A DNA stretch of 43,687 nucleotides from Bacteroidaceae bacterium (GCA_017645845.1 JAGCNQ010000086.1:1-43687); one strand, 5' to 3'; counted from the first letter of the stretch, positions 1 through 9,084 are shown. Numbers and translations are program-made. Notes: generated from the letters alone by a model not told the origin.

Positions 1-218
1 ACTACCGTGTCGCAATTCTCGCGAAGTGTCTGAACGGTGGCTTGGAGCTTCGTCATGAACTCAGCTGTGATACTGCTGGGCAAGTGGAGCCAACCCAGGA
101 AATCATTACCTGCACAGGTTCCAGCTTCGAGAGCCTTCTGTGCCTCTTCTGCCTTCGGAGCAAAGGCTGCAATCTGCTCTGCACTCAGCAGAGCCTTGGA
201 ATAATCGAGTTTTAACAT
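1..218 (-). CDS. pgi: glucose-6-phosphate isomerase, N-terminal 72 codons (gene runs off the window start)
   Basis: Reverse-strand ATG at 216-218. My translation is MLKLDYSKALLSAEQIAAFAPKAEEAQKALEAGTCAGNDFLGWLHLPSSITAEFMTKLQATVQTLRENCDTV. The GNDFLGWLHLP block is typical of the bacteroidetal Pgi N-terminus. It is absent from the ORF track because the window edge truncates it. Confidence 0.75.
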   Translation of the reverse strand, partial: MLKLDYSKALLSAEQIAAFAPKAEEAQKALEAGTCAGNDFLGWLHLPSSITAEFMTKLQATVQTLRENCDTV

Positions 219-269
219 CGTGTTGATTTACTATTTGTCAATATTATTATTTACAATTTATTTCGCGTG

Positions 270-277
270 CAAAGGTA
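270..277 (-). promoter_or_regulatory. Bacteroidota -7 promoter box (TACCTTTG on minus strand) for pgi
   Basis: The plus strand reads caaaggta inside ttcgcgtgcaaaggtacgaaaaaaa, an exact TAnnTTTG match about 52 nt upstream of the ATG at 218. The same TTCGTACCTTTGCACGCGAAA context recurs at 9085 and 30619. Confidence 0.6.
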
Positions 278-287
278 CGAAAAAAAA

Positions 288-315
288 GTGAGGAGTGAAG
301 AGTGAAGGAAGAAGA
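288..315. repeat. tandem 7-mer word array (GTGAGGA GTGAAGA GTGAAGG AAGAAGA)
   Basis: Read directly from the sequence. It lies immediately upstream (gene sense) of the pgi -7 box. Confidence 0.6.
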
Positions 316-381
316 ATTTCCTGCTATATACAAAAAGCCGTCCGAAGGTCTTGGAATTGAGGCATTCGGACAGCAATATAC

Positions 382-1911
382 TCACTTAACTACGACCTTC
401 TTTCCGTTTACGATATAGACACCACGCTGTATTTGTAAATTGTCCATTTTGCGGCCGCTGAGGTCGTATATCTTTGATTCTGTTGGGATTGCATCCTGAG
501 ACGTTTGTCCTATCTCGGTAGATATCTCATTGAACTGCCAGCTGTCGAAGTCCATCATTGATGAGCCGTTTCCTAAGAAGGTAAAGAAAATGTCACAGAT
601 GTTTTTAATGGGTGAGGACAGATTACATTCAAAGTCTTGCCATTCGCCATTGGTAGGTTGCACGTTGACTTTTCCTTTTATCGTCCCTGTCTTGCTACCA
701 ATGCGCAACGTAAGTGCGCATCTCTGCGTGGCGCGTACTCTGATAGAAAACGTCTGCGTCCCTGTTTCACCGAAATCTACCCCACGCACCTTGATGTAGT
801 CGTCTTTGCTGATGTTTGTCACGTAGCATTGGTTGTAGTCGCCCTCGCATGTCACTCCAGAACACTGGTTGATAGTTTCTGCCTCCTGCCGTTCGTATGG
901 ATTGACAGTCTGAAGTTGCGCCACGCCTTCGGAGGTAAAAGGAATATAAGGTATTGTGCCGTCCTGGTTCGGCGTAAACTCCTCTATGCAGGTAGAACGA
1001 TGGAACCCGCCGCCACCTGGCAGGTTGCCGTTGTGATAGAACATATAGTGGTGTCCCTTGTATTCAACGCTTCCACCGTGAATGGTAAAGCTGTTTGGGG
1101 CTTCCCCCATTATCTTGCCTTGGTAAGTCCACGGCCCGGTAATGTTGTCGGCGGAGGAATATGCCCAATGTTCTGGAACTCCGCCTGCTGCATATTCGAG
1201 ATAGTATTTGTTGCCTCGTTTGTATATCCACGAAGCCTCTTCGAAGTTGGTCTTTGGGTTGCCGTTGTCATCGTAGCCCTTGTAGGGGCCGAAGGCTGTT
1301 TCGTCTTTTGTTGTCACCTCTTTCTCCCCGCCTGTTATGGCCGTCATGCTCTTGGTGAGTTTGGCGTACCACAGCATGTTGTTGCCATAGAAAAGATATG
1401 CCTGTCCGTCATCGTCAATGAAGACCGAGGGGTCAATCTTGAACCATCCCTTTACCAAGGGTTTGCCAATAGGGTCTCTGTATGGTCCAGCAGGACTGTC
1501 GGCCACTGCGACGCCGATGCCGGGATATGCCTCTCCCTTGATGGTGGCGGTTACGTACCAGTACCATTTGCCGTTGCGCTCTATGCACTGACTGGCCCAG
1601 CAGTCGTTGTCCTGCTTGGCCCATTTTGAGAATGTCGCAGAGGTGAGCGGAGTGCCGCGATATGTCCAGTTCACCATATCGACTGTACTGTAGAGTAGCC
1701 AGTCCTTCATGGTGTAATAACCATTCTCCAGCTGCTCCTCGTCGTGGTCAACGAAGAGGTAGAGTGTGTCTCCGTGCACGTATGGTGCAGGGTCGGGGGT
1801 GTAGCGGTCACAGATAATGGGGTTTTGCGATAGGATGGAAACTGTTGGCAGACAGGCAATCCAAAGCATCAGAGCATATCGAAGAATCTTATTGTACATG
1901 GCTTCATTCAT
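382..1911 (-). CDS. GH43 glycoside hydrolase (arabinofuranosidase/xylosidase-like) with CBM6-like module and T9SS C-terminal sorting domain
   Basis: 509-aa ORF with a signal peptide. The N-terminal DPAPYVHGDTLYLFVDHDE and WASQCIERNGKWYWYV blocks are typical of the GH43 five-bladed propeller. YERQEAETINQCSGV...YIKVRGVDFG resembles CBM6. The tail IYDLSGRKM...GVYIVNGKKVVVK is a T9SS CTD. Its start overlaps the stop of the upstream esterase gene (1908-1911). Confidence 0.85.
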   Translation of the reverse strand: MNEAMYNKILRYALMLWIACLPTVSILSQNPIICDRYTPDPAPYVHGDTLYLFVDHDEEQLENGYYTMKDWLLYSTVDMVNWTYRGTPLTSATFSKWAKQDNDCWASQCIERNGKWYWYVTATIKGEAYPGIGVAVADSPAGPYRDPIGKPLVKGWFKIDPSVFIDDDGQAYLFYGNNMLWYAKLTKSMTAITGGEKEVTTKDETAFGPYKGYDDNGNPKTNFEEASWIYKRGNKYYLEYAAGGVPEHWAYSSADNITGPWTYQGKIMGEAPNSFTIHGGSVEYKGHHYMFYHNGNLPGGGGFHRSTCIEEFTPNQDGTIPYIPFTSEGVAQLQTVNPYERQEAETINQCSGVTCEGDYNQCYVTNISKDDYIKVRGVDFGETGTQTFSIRVRATQRCALTLRIGSKTGTIKGKVNVQPTNGEWQDFECNLSSPIKNICDIFFTFLGNGSSMMDFDSWQFNEISTEIGQTSQDAIPTESKIYDLSGRKMDNLQIQRGVYIVNGKKVVVK

Positions 1912-3340
1912 TTAGTGGCAACTTTCTTTCCGTTCACGATATACACGCCCTTCTTCACTGTAAATTCTACGCGACGACCCAGCAGGTCGTAGATTCTTCC
2001 CTCATTTTGAATTTTTGTTCCGCGACTACTATCGCGCCCTGGTGCTAAACCATCCAAGAATTTTGAATTTTGAACTTCTTCAATTCCTGTCTCGTCTTCG
2101 CCGTTATCGGTACGCAGCACAATGTTGCTGACGGTTATGTCATCGGTGGAGGATTGGCGCGTAAAGAGGATTTTGTATTGTCCGAAGTCATCTTTCTTGA
2201 TTTCGAATGGAATGGTGGTTTCTTCGCCTACCGCCACGTTTTTGCTGAATACAAGTTTAGAGTTTGAGTATCTCTGTAGTCGCACGTTGATGGTCTTTCC
2301 TGCCTCGCCGTCGGCACGGAAGCTGAGTTTGTAGCGACCAGTAGTAAGCTGGAGCGAATGATAGACATTCTGGTTGGCATCGGTCTTCTCTCCGAAGCCA
2401 AAGGCCAACAGCGTCCTGCCCTGGTTCACTGTCCACCCGTGATTCTGGGGAGCAAAGCCCTCAGCCTCAATGCGCGGCATCCACTTCAGCGTGGTGTCGC
2501 ACGGCGTGTCGAGGGTATATCTGCGGAAGAACCTCCACATGGTCAGCGAGGAATTGCCGTCTTCGGTATTGGTAGTGAAGTCGTTGTGCCCCATACCGTC
2601 TATTTCATAGAAGATGTATGGGAAACTACCTTCCGTAGCCACGTAAACGCTTTTGTCGTACTTGCCGCTCACACTCGTCTTCACCGGCACAGGATTGGCA
2701 CCCATGCGCGCCACCATTTCATCGACGATGGTGGGTATCAGACTATAGCGCACAAAATCGTCGTTCTTCCCATGGATGTGCAGGAAGGGAACCGGGCGTT
2801 TGCCCGTATGGCGTAGGTGGAACTCGTTGAGCGGGAAGCCGCTGATGCTGGCAAAGGCGGCGAAAACATCGCTGCACGCATTGGCCATAGCATAGGTGTT
2901 CATGCCGCCGTTGGAGAAGCCGCAGCAATAGACGCGGCGGCGGTCTATCTCATAGTTTTGGGACAGCTCGTCGATGATGGCTCTGAGGAAATCGGCCTCG
3001 GCATTGTCTTCGCCCGAGGCATTCCACCCCGTGACACAGTGCCACCGAACACAGGGAATTATATTAGTTCACCCTGCGGATAGGCTACGACGAACTTCGC
3101 CGTGTCGGCAATGTTGTTGAAATGTGGAGCTTGGTCGTTGCTACTACCGCTGGCGCCGTGCATGGCGATGACCAGCGGGGCGCCTGTCTTCAAACCTCTC
3201 GGCACATAGAGTCTGTAGGAGCGCGTCTTTTCACCTACGGTAATTTCAACAATCTTGTTGACAGCCTGAAATGCGTTAATCTCTCCTAATCCTGCGACAA
3301 GCAATACCAGCGCGAGCGATAATTTGTGGATGATGTTCAT
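1908..3340 (-). pseudogene. CE1/PHB-depolymerase-family esterase (feruloyl-esterase-like) with CBM-like module and T9SS CTD, interrupted by a single frameshift
   Basis: The 93-aa ORF (3059-3340) carries a signal peptide plus YRLYVPRGLKTGAPLVIAMHGASGSS...VVAYPQG. The second frame is open from 3068 downward and, by my translation, contains ...CVRWHCVTGWNASGEDNAEADFLRAIIDELSQNYEIDRRRVYCCGFSNGGMNTYAMA. That includes the GFSNGG nucleophile elbow upstream of the track's Met at 2903. The tail is GVYIVNGKKVATK. The two frames overlap only within 3062-3068. Confidence 0.7.
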
Positions 3341-3389
3341 GGTTCTTCTGTTATAATTCTGATTCGCTCTGCAGAAGCAAAAAAAACAA

Positions 3390-4388
3390 TTATCTGAACG
3401 CGTCGCTCAGGAGCTTTACCTCGATGGTGGGGTTGATGTTCTTGTAGAGGATGTTATTAACGACATCGAGGATGGGCATATTGACATGTAAGTGCTTGTT
3501 GATGTCCATCATACACTTCGTTGCGAAATACCCTTCGGCAATCATCTCCATCTCAATCTGAGCGGTCTTGACATTGTACCCCTGCCCTATCATCGTACCG
3601 AAGACACGGTTGCGGCTGAAATTGGAATAGCCAGTTACAAGCAGGTCGCCCGTATAGACGCTGTCAGTGATGTTGCGCTCGATGGGATGTACCGTGTTGA
3701 GGAAACGTTCCATCTCCTGAATTGCATTACTCATGAGGACGGCCTGGAAGTTGTCGCCGTATTTAAGTCCGTGACAGATGCCTGCTGCAATTGCATAGAC
3801 GTTCTTCAGGACGCTGGCGTACTCGATGCCTATGACATCGCTACTGGTCTTGGCCTTTACATAATCGCTGGAAATCATCTTAACAAAGGCTTTTGCCTTC
3901 TCTTGGTCGGCACAGCCAATGGTAAGATAGGTGAGACGATTGAGGGCAACCTCTTCAGCATGACTCGGTCCCCCGAGCACCGCAAGGTTCTCCTCCGGCA
4001 CATTATACATCTGGTTGAAGAAGTCAGAACAGATAAGGTTCTCGTCGGGCACAATACCCTTGATGGCAGTTACGACAAACTTGTCGCGCAGACGGACATG
4101 AAGCCGCTTAAGGTGTCCTTTCAGATAAGGAGAAGGCGTTACGAAGATGAGCGTCTGACAAGCCTCTACCACACGGTTGATATCGCTCTCGAAAGTGATG
4201 CGGTTCACATCGAAATGCACGCTGGTGAGGTAGGCGGGATTGTGACCTAGTCGCTTGAAGTCCTCGATGCGGTCATCCCTGCGAAGGTACCACCAGATGT
4301 GGTCATTCTTCTCGAGCAACATCTTGGCAATTGCCGTTGCCCAGCTGCCACCGCCCAGCACTGCTATGTTTCCTAATTCGTTGTTCAT
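3390..4388 (-). CDS. gpsA: NAD(P)H-dependent glycerol-3-phosphate dehydrogenase
   Basis: 332 aa with the N-terminal Rossmann motif [16 protein letters not shown]. Length and downstream blocks are typical of GpsA. Confidence 0.9.
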   Translation of the reverse strand: MNNELGNIAVLGGGSWATAIAKMLLEKNDHIWWYLRRDDRIEDFKRLGHNPAYLTSVHFDVNRITFESDINRVVEACQTLIFVTPSPYLKGHLKRLHVRLRDKFVVTAIKGIVPDENLICSDFFNQMYNVPEENLAVLGGPSHAEEVALNRLTYLTIGCADQEKAKAFVKMISSDYVKAKTSSDVIGIEYASVLKNVYAIAAGICHGLKYGDNFQAVLMSNAIQEMERFLNTVHPIERNITDSVYTGDLLVTGYSNFSRNRVFGTMIGQGYNVKTAQIEMEMIAEGYFATKCMMDINKHLHVNMPILDVVNNILYKNINPTIEVKLLSDAFR

Positions 4389-6318
4389 AATAGAGTAGCC
4401 CCTCTAAATCTCCTCGATGGGAGGCTTTTGAGTCTTTAAGGTTCTTGGCAGGTTCTTGGCCGTCCTCTCCCCTTAGGGAATCTGGAGGGGGGACCGTCCA
4501 TTTAGCAATGAGGTCTTGCGAGGGCTTTTCGACCTCGAGTTTGTATTTCTTGATGATTTCGATAATCTGCTGCTGTATCTTGGCAGGAGCAACGCCTTGC
4601 AGGGTGCTTACCAAATTATAGCCGGCCTTGCGCAGAATGGGGATTATGTCGGCAGGAACGTCTTTCTCGAGGAAGAGCTCGTCCTTGTCGCGTGGAGCCT
4701 TCACTTCGGGCTTCATCTGGGGAAAGAAAAGGACTTCCTGGATGAATGGCTTGCCGGTCATCAACATAGCCAGACGGTCGATGCCGATACCGATGCCGCT
4801 CGTTGGAGGCATACCGTATTGGAGGGCACGCAGGAAGTCGTGGTCGATTACCATTGCCTCGTCGTCGCCCTTATCGGCAAGCTTCATCTGTTCGATGAAA
4901 CGTTCTTCCTGGTCGATGGGGTCGTTCAACTCGGAATAGGCATTGGCCAGTTCCTTGCCGTTCACCATCAGTTCGAAGCGTTCGGTCAGGCCGGGCTTTG
5001 AGCGATGCATCTTCGTCAGCGGGGACATCTCAACGGGATAGTCCGTGATGAAGGTGGGCTGGATGAAGGTGCCCTCGCATGTCTCGCCGAATATCTCATC
5101 GATGAGCTTGCCCTTGCCCATCGTCTCGTCAACTTCTACGCCGCACTTCTTAGCCACCTCGCGCATCTCTTCCTCGCTCATGCCATCGAGGTCGTAGCCT
5201 GTCTTTTCCTTGATGGCATCCAGAATGGGCAGACGGCGGAAAGGAGCCTTGAATGAGATAATCTTGCCGTCAATCTCTGTCTCGGGCTTGCCATTCACAG
5301 CGACGCAAATCTCTTCGAGGAGTTGCTCTGTGAAGGACATCATCCAGTTGTAGTCCTTGTAGCTGACATACAGCTCCATGCAGGTGAACTCGGGATTGTG
5401 GTTCTTGTCCATGCCCTCGTTGCGGAAGTTCTTGCCAATCTCATATACGCCTTCGAAGCCACCCACGATGAGCCGCTTCAGATAAAGCTCGGTGGCAATA
5501 CGCATATACATCGGGATGTTCAGGGCATTGAAATGCGTGATGAAAGGACGGGCCGTTGCGCCTCCGGCAATGGCCTGGAGAGTGGGCGTCTCAACCTCTG
5601 TGTAGCCGTGACGGTCGAAGAAAGCTCGCATGGTCTTGAGGATGACAGCACGCTTCAGGAATGTATCCTTCACGCCATCATTCACGACAAGGTCTACATA
5701 ACGCTGCCGGTAACGAAGTTCAGGGTCGTCGAAAGAGTCATAGACATTTCCTTCAGCATCTGTCTTAACGATGGGCAGAGGACGAAGACTCTTGGATAGC
5801 ACGGTCAGCTCCTGAGCATGAACACTAATCTCACCTGTCTGTGTGCGGAACACATAGCCCTTGATGCCGATGAAGTCACCCAGGTCGAGCAACTTTTTGA
5901 AGACGGTATTGTAGAGGACGACTCCCTCTAAATCTCCCCGAGGGGAGACTTCCGGGCTATTTTCTCTCCCTCGGGGGAGTTGGAGGGGGGCCAGCCCATC
6001 CCTCGTCAAGTACACCTGTATTCTTCCCTTGCTGTCCTGCAACTCGGCAAAAGCAGCTTTTCCCATGATGCGTTTCGACATAATACGGCCAGCGATGCAG
6101 ACATTTCGAGAGTTCTCCGGAGTGGCTGTCTCGCGAATGTCTTTGCCTTCTTCGTCCTTGCCGACAACGGGCAGGTCAACGAAGTTTTCCTTGATTTCAG
6201 TACTGAAAGCATTGGTTGGATATTCTGCTGCGGGATAAGGGTCAATTCCCAGCTCGCGCATCTGTTGCAGGTTGTTGCGACGGATTATCTCCTGCTCGCT
6301 CAGTTCAAGTATGTTCAT
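4303..6318 (-). CDS. lysS: lysine--tRNA ligase (class II), carrying two in-frame repeat-element insertions; 3' end extended 86 nt into gpsA
   Basis: 671-aa ORF. The N-terminus [30 protein letters not shown], the class II core (FRNEGMD..., [12 protein letters not shown]) and the Bacteroidales-type C-terminal extension ([11 protein letters not shown]...KKYKL) are all present. It is about 95 aa longer than I expect for the family, which the elements at 5924-5990 and 4399-4492 explain. Confidence 0.9.
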   Translation of the reverse strand: MNILELSEQEIIRRNNLQQMRELGIDPYPAAEYPTNAFSTEIKENFVDLPVVGKDEEGKDIRETATPENSRNVCIAGRIMSKRIMGKAAFAELQDSKGRIQVYLTRDGLAPLQLPRGRENSPEVSPRGDLEGVVLYNTVFKKLLDLGDFIGIKGYVFRTQTGEISVHAQELTVLSKSLRPLPIVKTDAEGNVYDSFDDPELRYRQRYVDLVVNDGVKDTFLKRAVILKTMRAFFDRHGYTEVETPTLQAIAGGATARPFITHFNALNIPMYMRIATELYLKRLIVGGFEGVYEIGKNFRNEGMDKNHNPEFTCMELYVSYKDYNWMMSFTEQLLEEICVAVNGKPETEIDGKIISFKAPFRRLPILDAIKEKTGYDLDGMSEEEMREVAKKCGVEVDETMGKGKLIDEIFGETCEGTFIQPTFITDYPVEMSPLTKMHRSKPGLTERFELMVNGKELANAYSELNDPIDQEERFIEQMKLADKGDDEAMVIDHDFLRALQYGMPPTSGIGIGIDRLAMLMTGKPFIQEVLFFPQMKPEVKAPRDKDELFLEKDVPADIIPILRKAGYNLVSTLQGVAPAKIQQQIIEIIKKYKLEVEKPSQDLIAKWTVPPPDSLRGEDGQEPAKNLKDSKASHRGDLEGLLYYEQRIRKHSSAGRWQLGNGNCQDVAREE
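4399..4492 (-). repeat. nested-hairpin palindromic element, copy A (94 bp) at the lysS 3' end / gpsA start junction
   Basis: Plus strand: cccctctaaatctcctcgatgggagg...cctctccccttagggaatctggagggggg. The termini CCCCTCTAAATCTCC and GGAATCTGGAGGGGGG are imperfect inverted repeats, and each arm holds a small hairpin. In gene sense it is translated as [31 protein letters not shown]. Confidence 0.8.
5924..5990 (-). repeat. nested-hairpin palindromic element, copy B (about 67 bp) inside lysS
   Basis: Plus strand: ccctctaaatctccccgaggggagacttccgggctattttctctccctcgggggagttggagggggg. It has two CTCCCC-n-GGGGAG hairpins flanked by inverted termini. Translated in gene sense it gives [23 protein letters not shown]. 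Confidence 0.85.
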
Positions 6319-6365
6319 CGATATTATTTACGATTTGACGATTTAATATTTACAAATTTCGCTTG

Positions 6366-6373
6366 CAAAGGTA
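6366..6373 (-). promoter_or_regulatory. -7 promoter box (TACCTTTG on minus strand) for lysS
   Basis: caaaggta within tttcgcttgcaaaggtacgaatta, 48 nt upstream of the ATG at 6318. Confidence 0.6.
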
Positions 6374-6417
6374 CGAATTATAATTCAAAAAACATAATTA
6401 AGGAATTCAAAATTATA

Positions 6418-7308
6418 TTATTTTGAATCGGAAGGGACTGTTGGCTCTGGCAGGGTGAGCTGCATAAGCTCCTCGAGTGAGCCGTTGAAGATGTTGCAAT
6501 CGACAAAACCCTTGATGCCGGAAACTTTGCCACAGTCGGTATGTTGCCAGAAAGTCCACTTTCCCTTATATTGGAGCTCCTCTACATAGTAATGGGCTAT
6601 CCAATAGGGATAGACATTAAATTCGGGGGTGTTCAGATAGTCAACCTTAAACTTGTACCCGGTATAGAGGATTGGCTTGACACCATATTCCTTTTCGACG
6701 ATATCAAGCCAAATCTTAACGTCGCGACGCAACTGGTCCGGAGTCAGGTCACCTTTCTTCTCAATATCAAGAACTGGTGGCAAGTCACCTGGTTCCAACT
6801 GAGCAATACTCAAATAATAGTCTGCTTGCTTCCTTGGGTTAATTCCAGGAACGAAGAAATGATAAGCGCCTCGTAACAAGTCATTCCGCTTCGCATTGGC
6901 AAAGTTTCTGTTGAAGTTATCATCCAATAGCTTTTCGCCTTCAGTTGCCTTGATAAAGACGAAACTGACGGGAGCGTTTCCGATGGAGGCATTACGCAGT
7001 TTCTCCCAGTTGATACGCCCCTGATAGTGACTGATGTCGATACCTCTTACCTCATAGCCTTCAGGATAAGTCGGTTCGCCATAAATCGCTCGCCAACGGA
7101 AGCTGAAAGGAGTGACGAAGAAGTGATAGAAGAGGCCTATGTAGGCAGCTGCGATGAGTAGGCCGCCAAACCATATCAACCAGGAAGGGAAGCCACGGAA
7201 GAAATGTAAGAAAGAAAGCCCCCTCCCTGCTCCCCCTCTTGGGGAGTGCTTCTTTTTTACTCTCTTAACAGAGGAAGAGCGGGAAGCGGACTTCTTTTTC
7301 ATGTTCAA
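6418..7308 (-). CDS. GH25 family muramidase (lysozyme) with N-terminal basic tail and transmembrane anchor
   Basis: 296 aa. GIDISHYQGRINWEKL...FVFIKATEG...DDNF matches the GH25 signature. A TM helix is present (WLIWFGGLLIAAAYIGLFY). It lies 40 nt downstream of pfp and is probably co-transcribed. Confidence 0.8.
   Translation of the reverse strand: MNMKKKSASRSSSVKRVKKKHSPRGGAGRGLSFLHFFRGFPSWLIWFGGLLIAAAYIGLFYHFFVTPFSFRWRAIYGEPTYPEGYEVRGIDISHYQGRINWEKLRNASIGNAPVSFVFIKATEGEKLLDDNFNRNFANAKRNDLLRGAYHFFVPGINPRKQADYYLSIAQLEPGDLPPVLDIEKKGDLTPDQLRRDVKIWLDIVEKEYGVKPILYTGYKFKVDYLNTPEFNVYPYWIAHYYVEELQYKGKWTFWQHTDCGKVSGIKGFVDCNIFNGSLEELMQLTLPEPTVPSDSK
7219..7246 (-). repeat. solo arm of the palindromic element family, inside the GH25 N-terminal tail
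   Basis: Plus strand: ccccctccctgctccccctcttggggag (CCCCTCC + CTCCCC-ctctt-GGGGAG). In gene sense it encodes SPRGGAGRG. Confidence 0.55.
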
Positions 7309-7348
7309 ATTATAAATTTACACTCCACCAAGGGGGAGTCAGAAGGGG

Positions 7349-9040
7349 CTATGCCTGTTCCAAAGCCAATGTCTTTGTACACTGGTCACACACTTCGCTC
7401 GGTCCCCAGTACTGGATGGGACCTGGATAAACGTAGCAAGTGTTCTTGGCCCACTCTTCACGCTTGCTTGCGAAGAACTTGAAGGGTGCACCGTCAAGCT
7501 CGACGAGAGCCTTACGGATAACGGGCTTCATGGCACCATTACGGCGCTCCATGTTCATCATCATCGTGATGGGCACACCGCCTGCAATCCATTCTGAAGC
7601 AGGAGCGGTCGTGTTCTTGATGACACTCATGTAGCCGGTTTTGCCGTTGGCAATCAGGCGGCTGGCATTGTAACCGAGGCTATAGCAGTAGTCGGCATCA
7701 TAGTTGCTGGGAGCAGCGCAACGTCCTTCGTAACCGAAGAAGTGGTGCTGGGGAGCGAACTTGCCGTTGTACTTGCTTTCCTTCTTCCATGCGTCGAGCT
7801 TCATGGCAACCATGGCGCTGAGCAGCTTCTCTGTCTCGATGAGGCTGACCTGCACGTTGCCGTGGGGGTCACGGTCGAGGCAAAGCTGACGCTCTACGTC
7901 TCTCGGCAGGCTCTCGAGGACTGCAAGGTTCTCAGGAGCAATATGGCTCTTCACGAAGGCCACCTGTGCGTCCTTGCTCTCGAACTCACGGCTCTCACCC
8001 GTTGCAGGGTCTGTGAGGACTTCGTTGAGCTCTGCGATGAGCTTCTTGATGGAAGGAACGAATTCAATCAGACCTTCGGGAATGAGGACAGTACCGAAGT
8101 TGTTGCCTTCTGCGGCGCGGTCAGCCACAATCTTTGCAATGTAGGTCACAACATCGTCAAGGCTCATGGCCTTCTGCTCGACCTCCTCGCTGATGAGGCA
8201 GATATTGGGCTGTGTCTCCAGGGCACACTCCAGGGCAATGTGGCTTGCGCTACGGCCCATCAGCTTGATGAAGTGCCAGTACTTGCGGGCGCTGTTGCAG
8301 TCACGCTGGATGTTGCCAATCAACTCGCTATAAGTCTTGCAGGCAGTATCGAAGCCGAAACTGGTCTCAATCTGCTCGTTCTTCAGGTCGCCGTCGATGG
8401 TCTTGGGACAGCCAATAACCTGTACACCATAGTTCTTGGCAGCATAGTATTCGGCCAGCACACAAGCATTGGTGTTGCTGTCGTCGCCACCGATGATGAC
8501 AAGCGCCTTGATGTCGAGCTTGCGCAGAATCTCAATGCCGCTCTCGAACTGAGCTTCCTTCTCGAGCTTCGTACGGCCGGAGCCGATGATGTCGAAGCCG
8601 CCAGTGTTGCGATAATCGTCAATGAAAGCGTCTGTGAACTCAACATACTTGTGGTCAACGAGACCGCCAGGTCCCATCAGGAAGCCATAGAGCTTGCTGT
8701 TCTTGTTGAGGGACTTAACGCCGTCATAAAGGCCGCTGATGACATTGTGACCACCAGGAGCCTGACCACCGCTAAGAATGATTCCGACGTTAAGACCCTC
8801 TAAATCTCCCTTAAAGGGAGACTTATTGTTCTCCGCCCCTTTAAGGGGAGGTTGGGAGGGGTCCGCCTCAAACGTAATAACAGGCATACCGTAGGTGTTG
8901 GGGAACATAGCCTTGATTTCATCTTGATTGCCAACGCTCTGAGTGGCAGCGCCCTCCACTGCCACAACGGGACCTTGCAAGGCCTTGGGAAGTTTGGGCT
9001 GATAGGCAGCACGAGCCACCTGAAGTGCACTTTTCTTCAT
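7349..9040 (-). CDS. pfp: diphosphate--fructose-6-phosphate 1-phosphotransferase (PPi-PFK) with one in-frame repeat-element insertion
   Basis: 563 aa. GIILSGGQAPGGHNVISG, GGFDIIGSGRTK, IIGGDDSNTNA and PKTIDGDL are canonical PFK/PFP motifs. Length and the N-terminus MKKSALQVARAAYQPKLPKAL match Bacteroidales Pfp. Confidence 0.9.
   Translation of the reverse strand: MKKSALQVARAAYQPKLPKALQGPVVAVEGAATQSVGNQDEIKAMFPNTYGMPVITFEADPSQPPLKGAENNKSPFKGDLEGLNVGIILSGGQAPGGHNVISGLYDGVKSLNKNSKLYGFLMGPGGLVDHKYVEFTDAFIDDYRNTGGFDIIGSGRTKLEKEAQFESGIEILRKLDIKALVIIGGDDSNTNACVLAEYYAAKNYGVQVIGCPKTIDGDLKNEQIETSFGFDTACKTYSELIGNIQRDCNSARKYWHFIKLMGRSASHIALECALETQPNICLISEEVEQKAMSLDDVVTYIAKIVADRAAEGNNFGTVLIPEGLIEFVPSIKKLIAELNEVLTDPATGESREFESKDAQVAFVKSHIAPENLAVLESLPRDVERQLCLDRDPHGNVQVSLIETEKLLSAMVAMKLDAWKKESKYNGKFAPQHHFFGYEGRCAAPSNYDADYCYSLGYNASRLIANGKTGYMSVIKNTTAPASEWIAGGVPITMMMNMERRNGAMKPVIRKALVELDGAPFKFFASKREEWAKNTCYVYPGPIQYWGPSEVCDQCTKTLALEQA
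8796..8861 (-). repeat. nested-hairpin palindromic element, copy C (66 bp) inside pfp
   Basis: Plus strand: ccctctaaatctcccttaaagggagacttattgttctccgcccctttaaggggaggttgggaggggt. Translated in gene sense it gives DPSQPPLKGAENNKSPFKGDLEG, immediately before the conserved NVGIILSGGQAPGGHN block. Confidence 0.85.
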
Positions 9041-9084
9041 GATTCTTGAGTTTATTTATTTATAGGTTTTTAATTTTTCGCGTG

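Noticed and set aside
637-1629. 330-aa plus-strand ORF, plus smaller ones at 530-799 and 1161-1358.
   Set aside because: It lies entirely antisense to the well-supported GH43 gene. The composition is rich in V/A/R/C and low in charge, no motifs are present, and it is a typical shadow ORF of a GC3-biased gene.
4303-4388. The lysS/gpsA 86-nt overlap as a simple ORF-caller artefact.
   Set aside because: The overlap was not dismissed. There is genuinely no stop in the lysS frame before 4303. It is kept as a finding, but an assembly indel inside the 94-bp element cannot be excluded without reads.
4399-8861. The R-G-D tripeptides encoded by the elements as integrin-binding or adhesion motifs.
   Set aside because: Two of the three hosts are cytoplasmic enzymes (LysS and Pfp). 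The tripeptide follows automatically from translating the GGGGAGAT hairpin/terminus sequence in the tolerated frame, so there is no basis for a functional claim.
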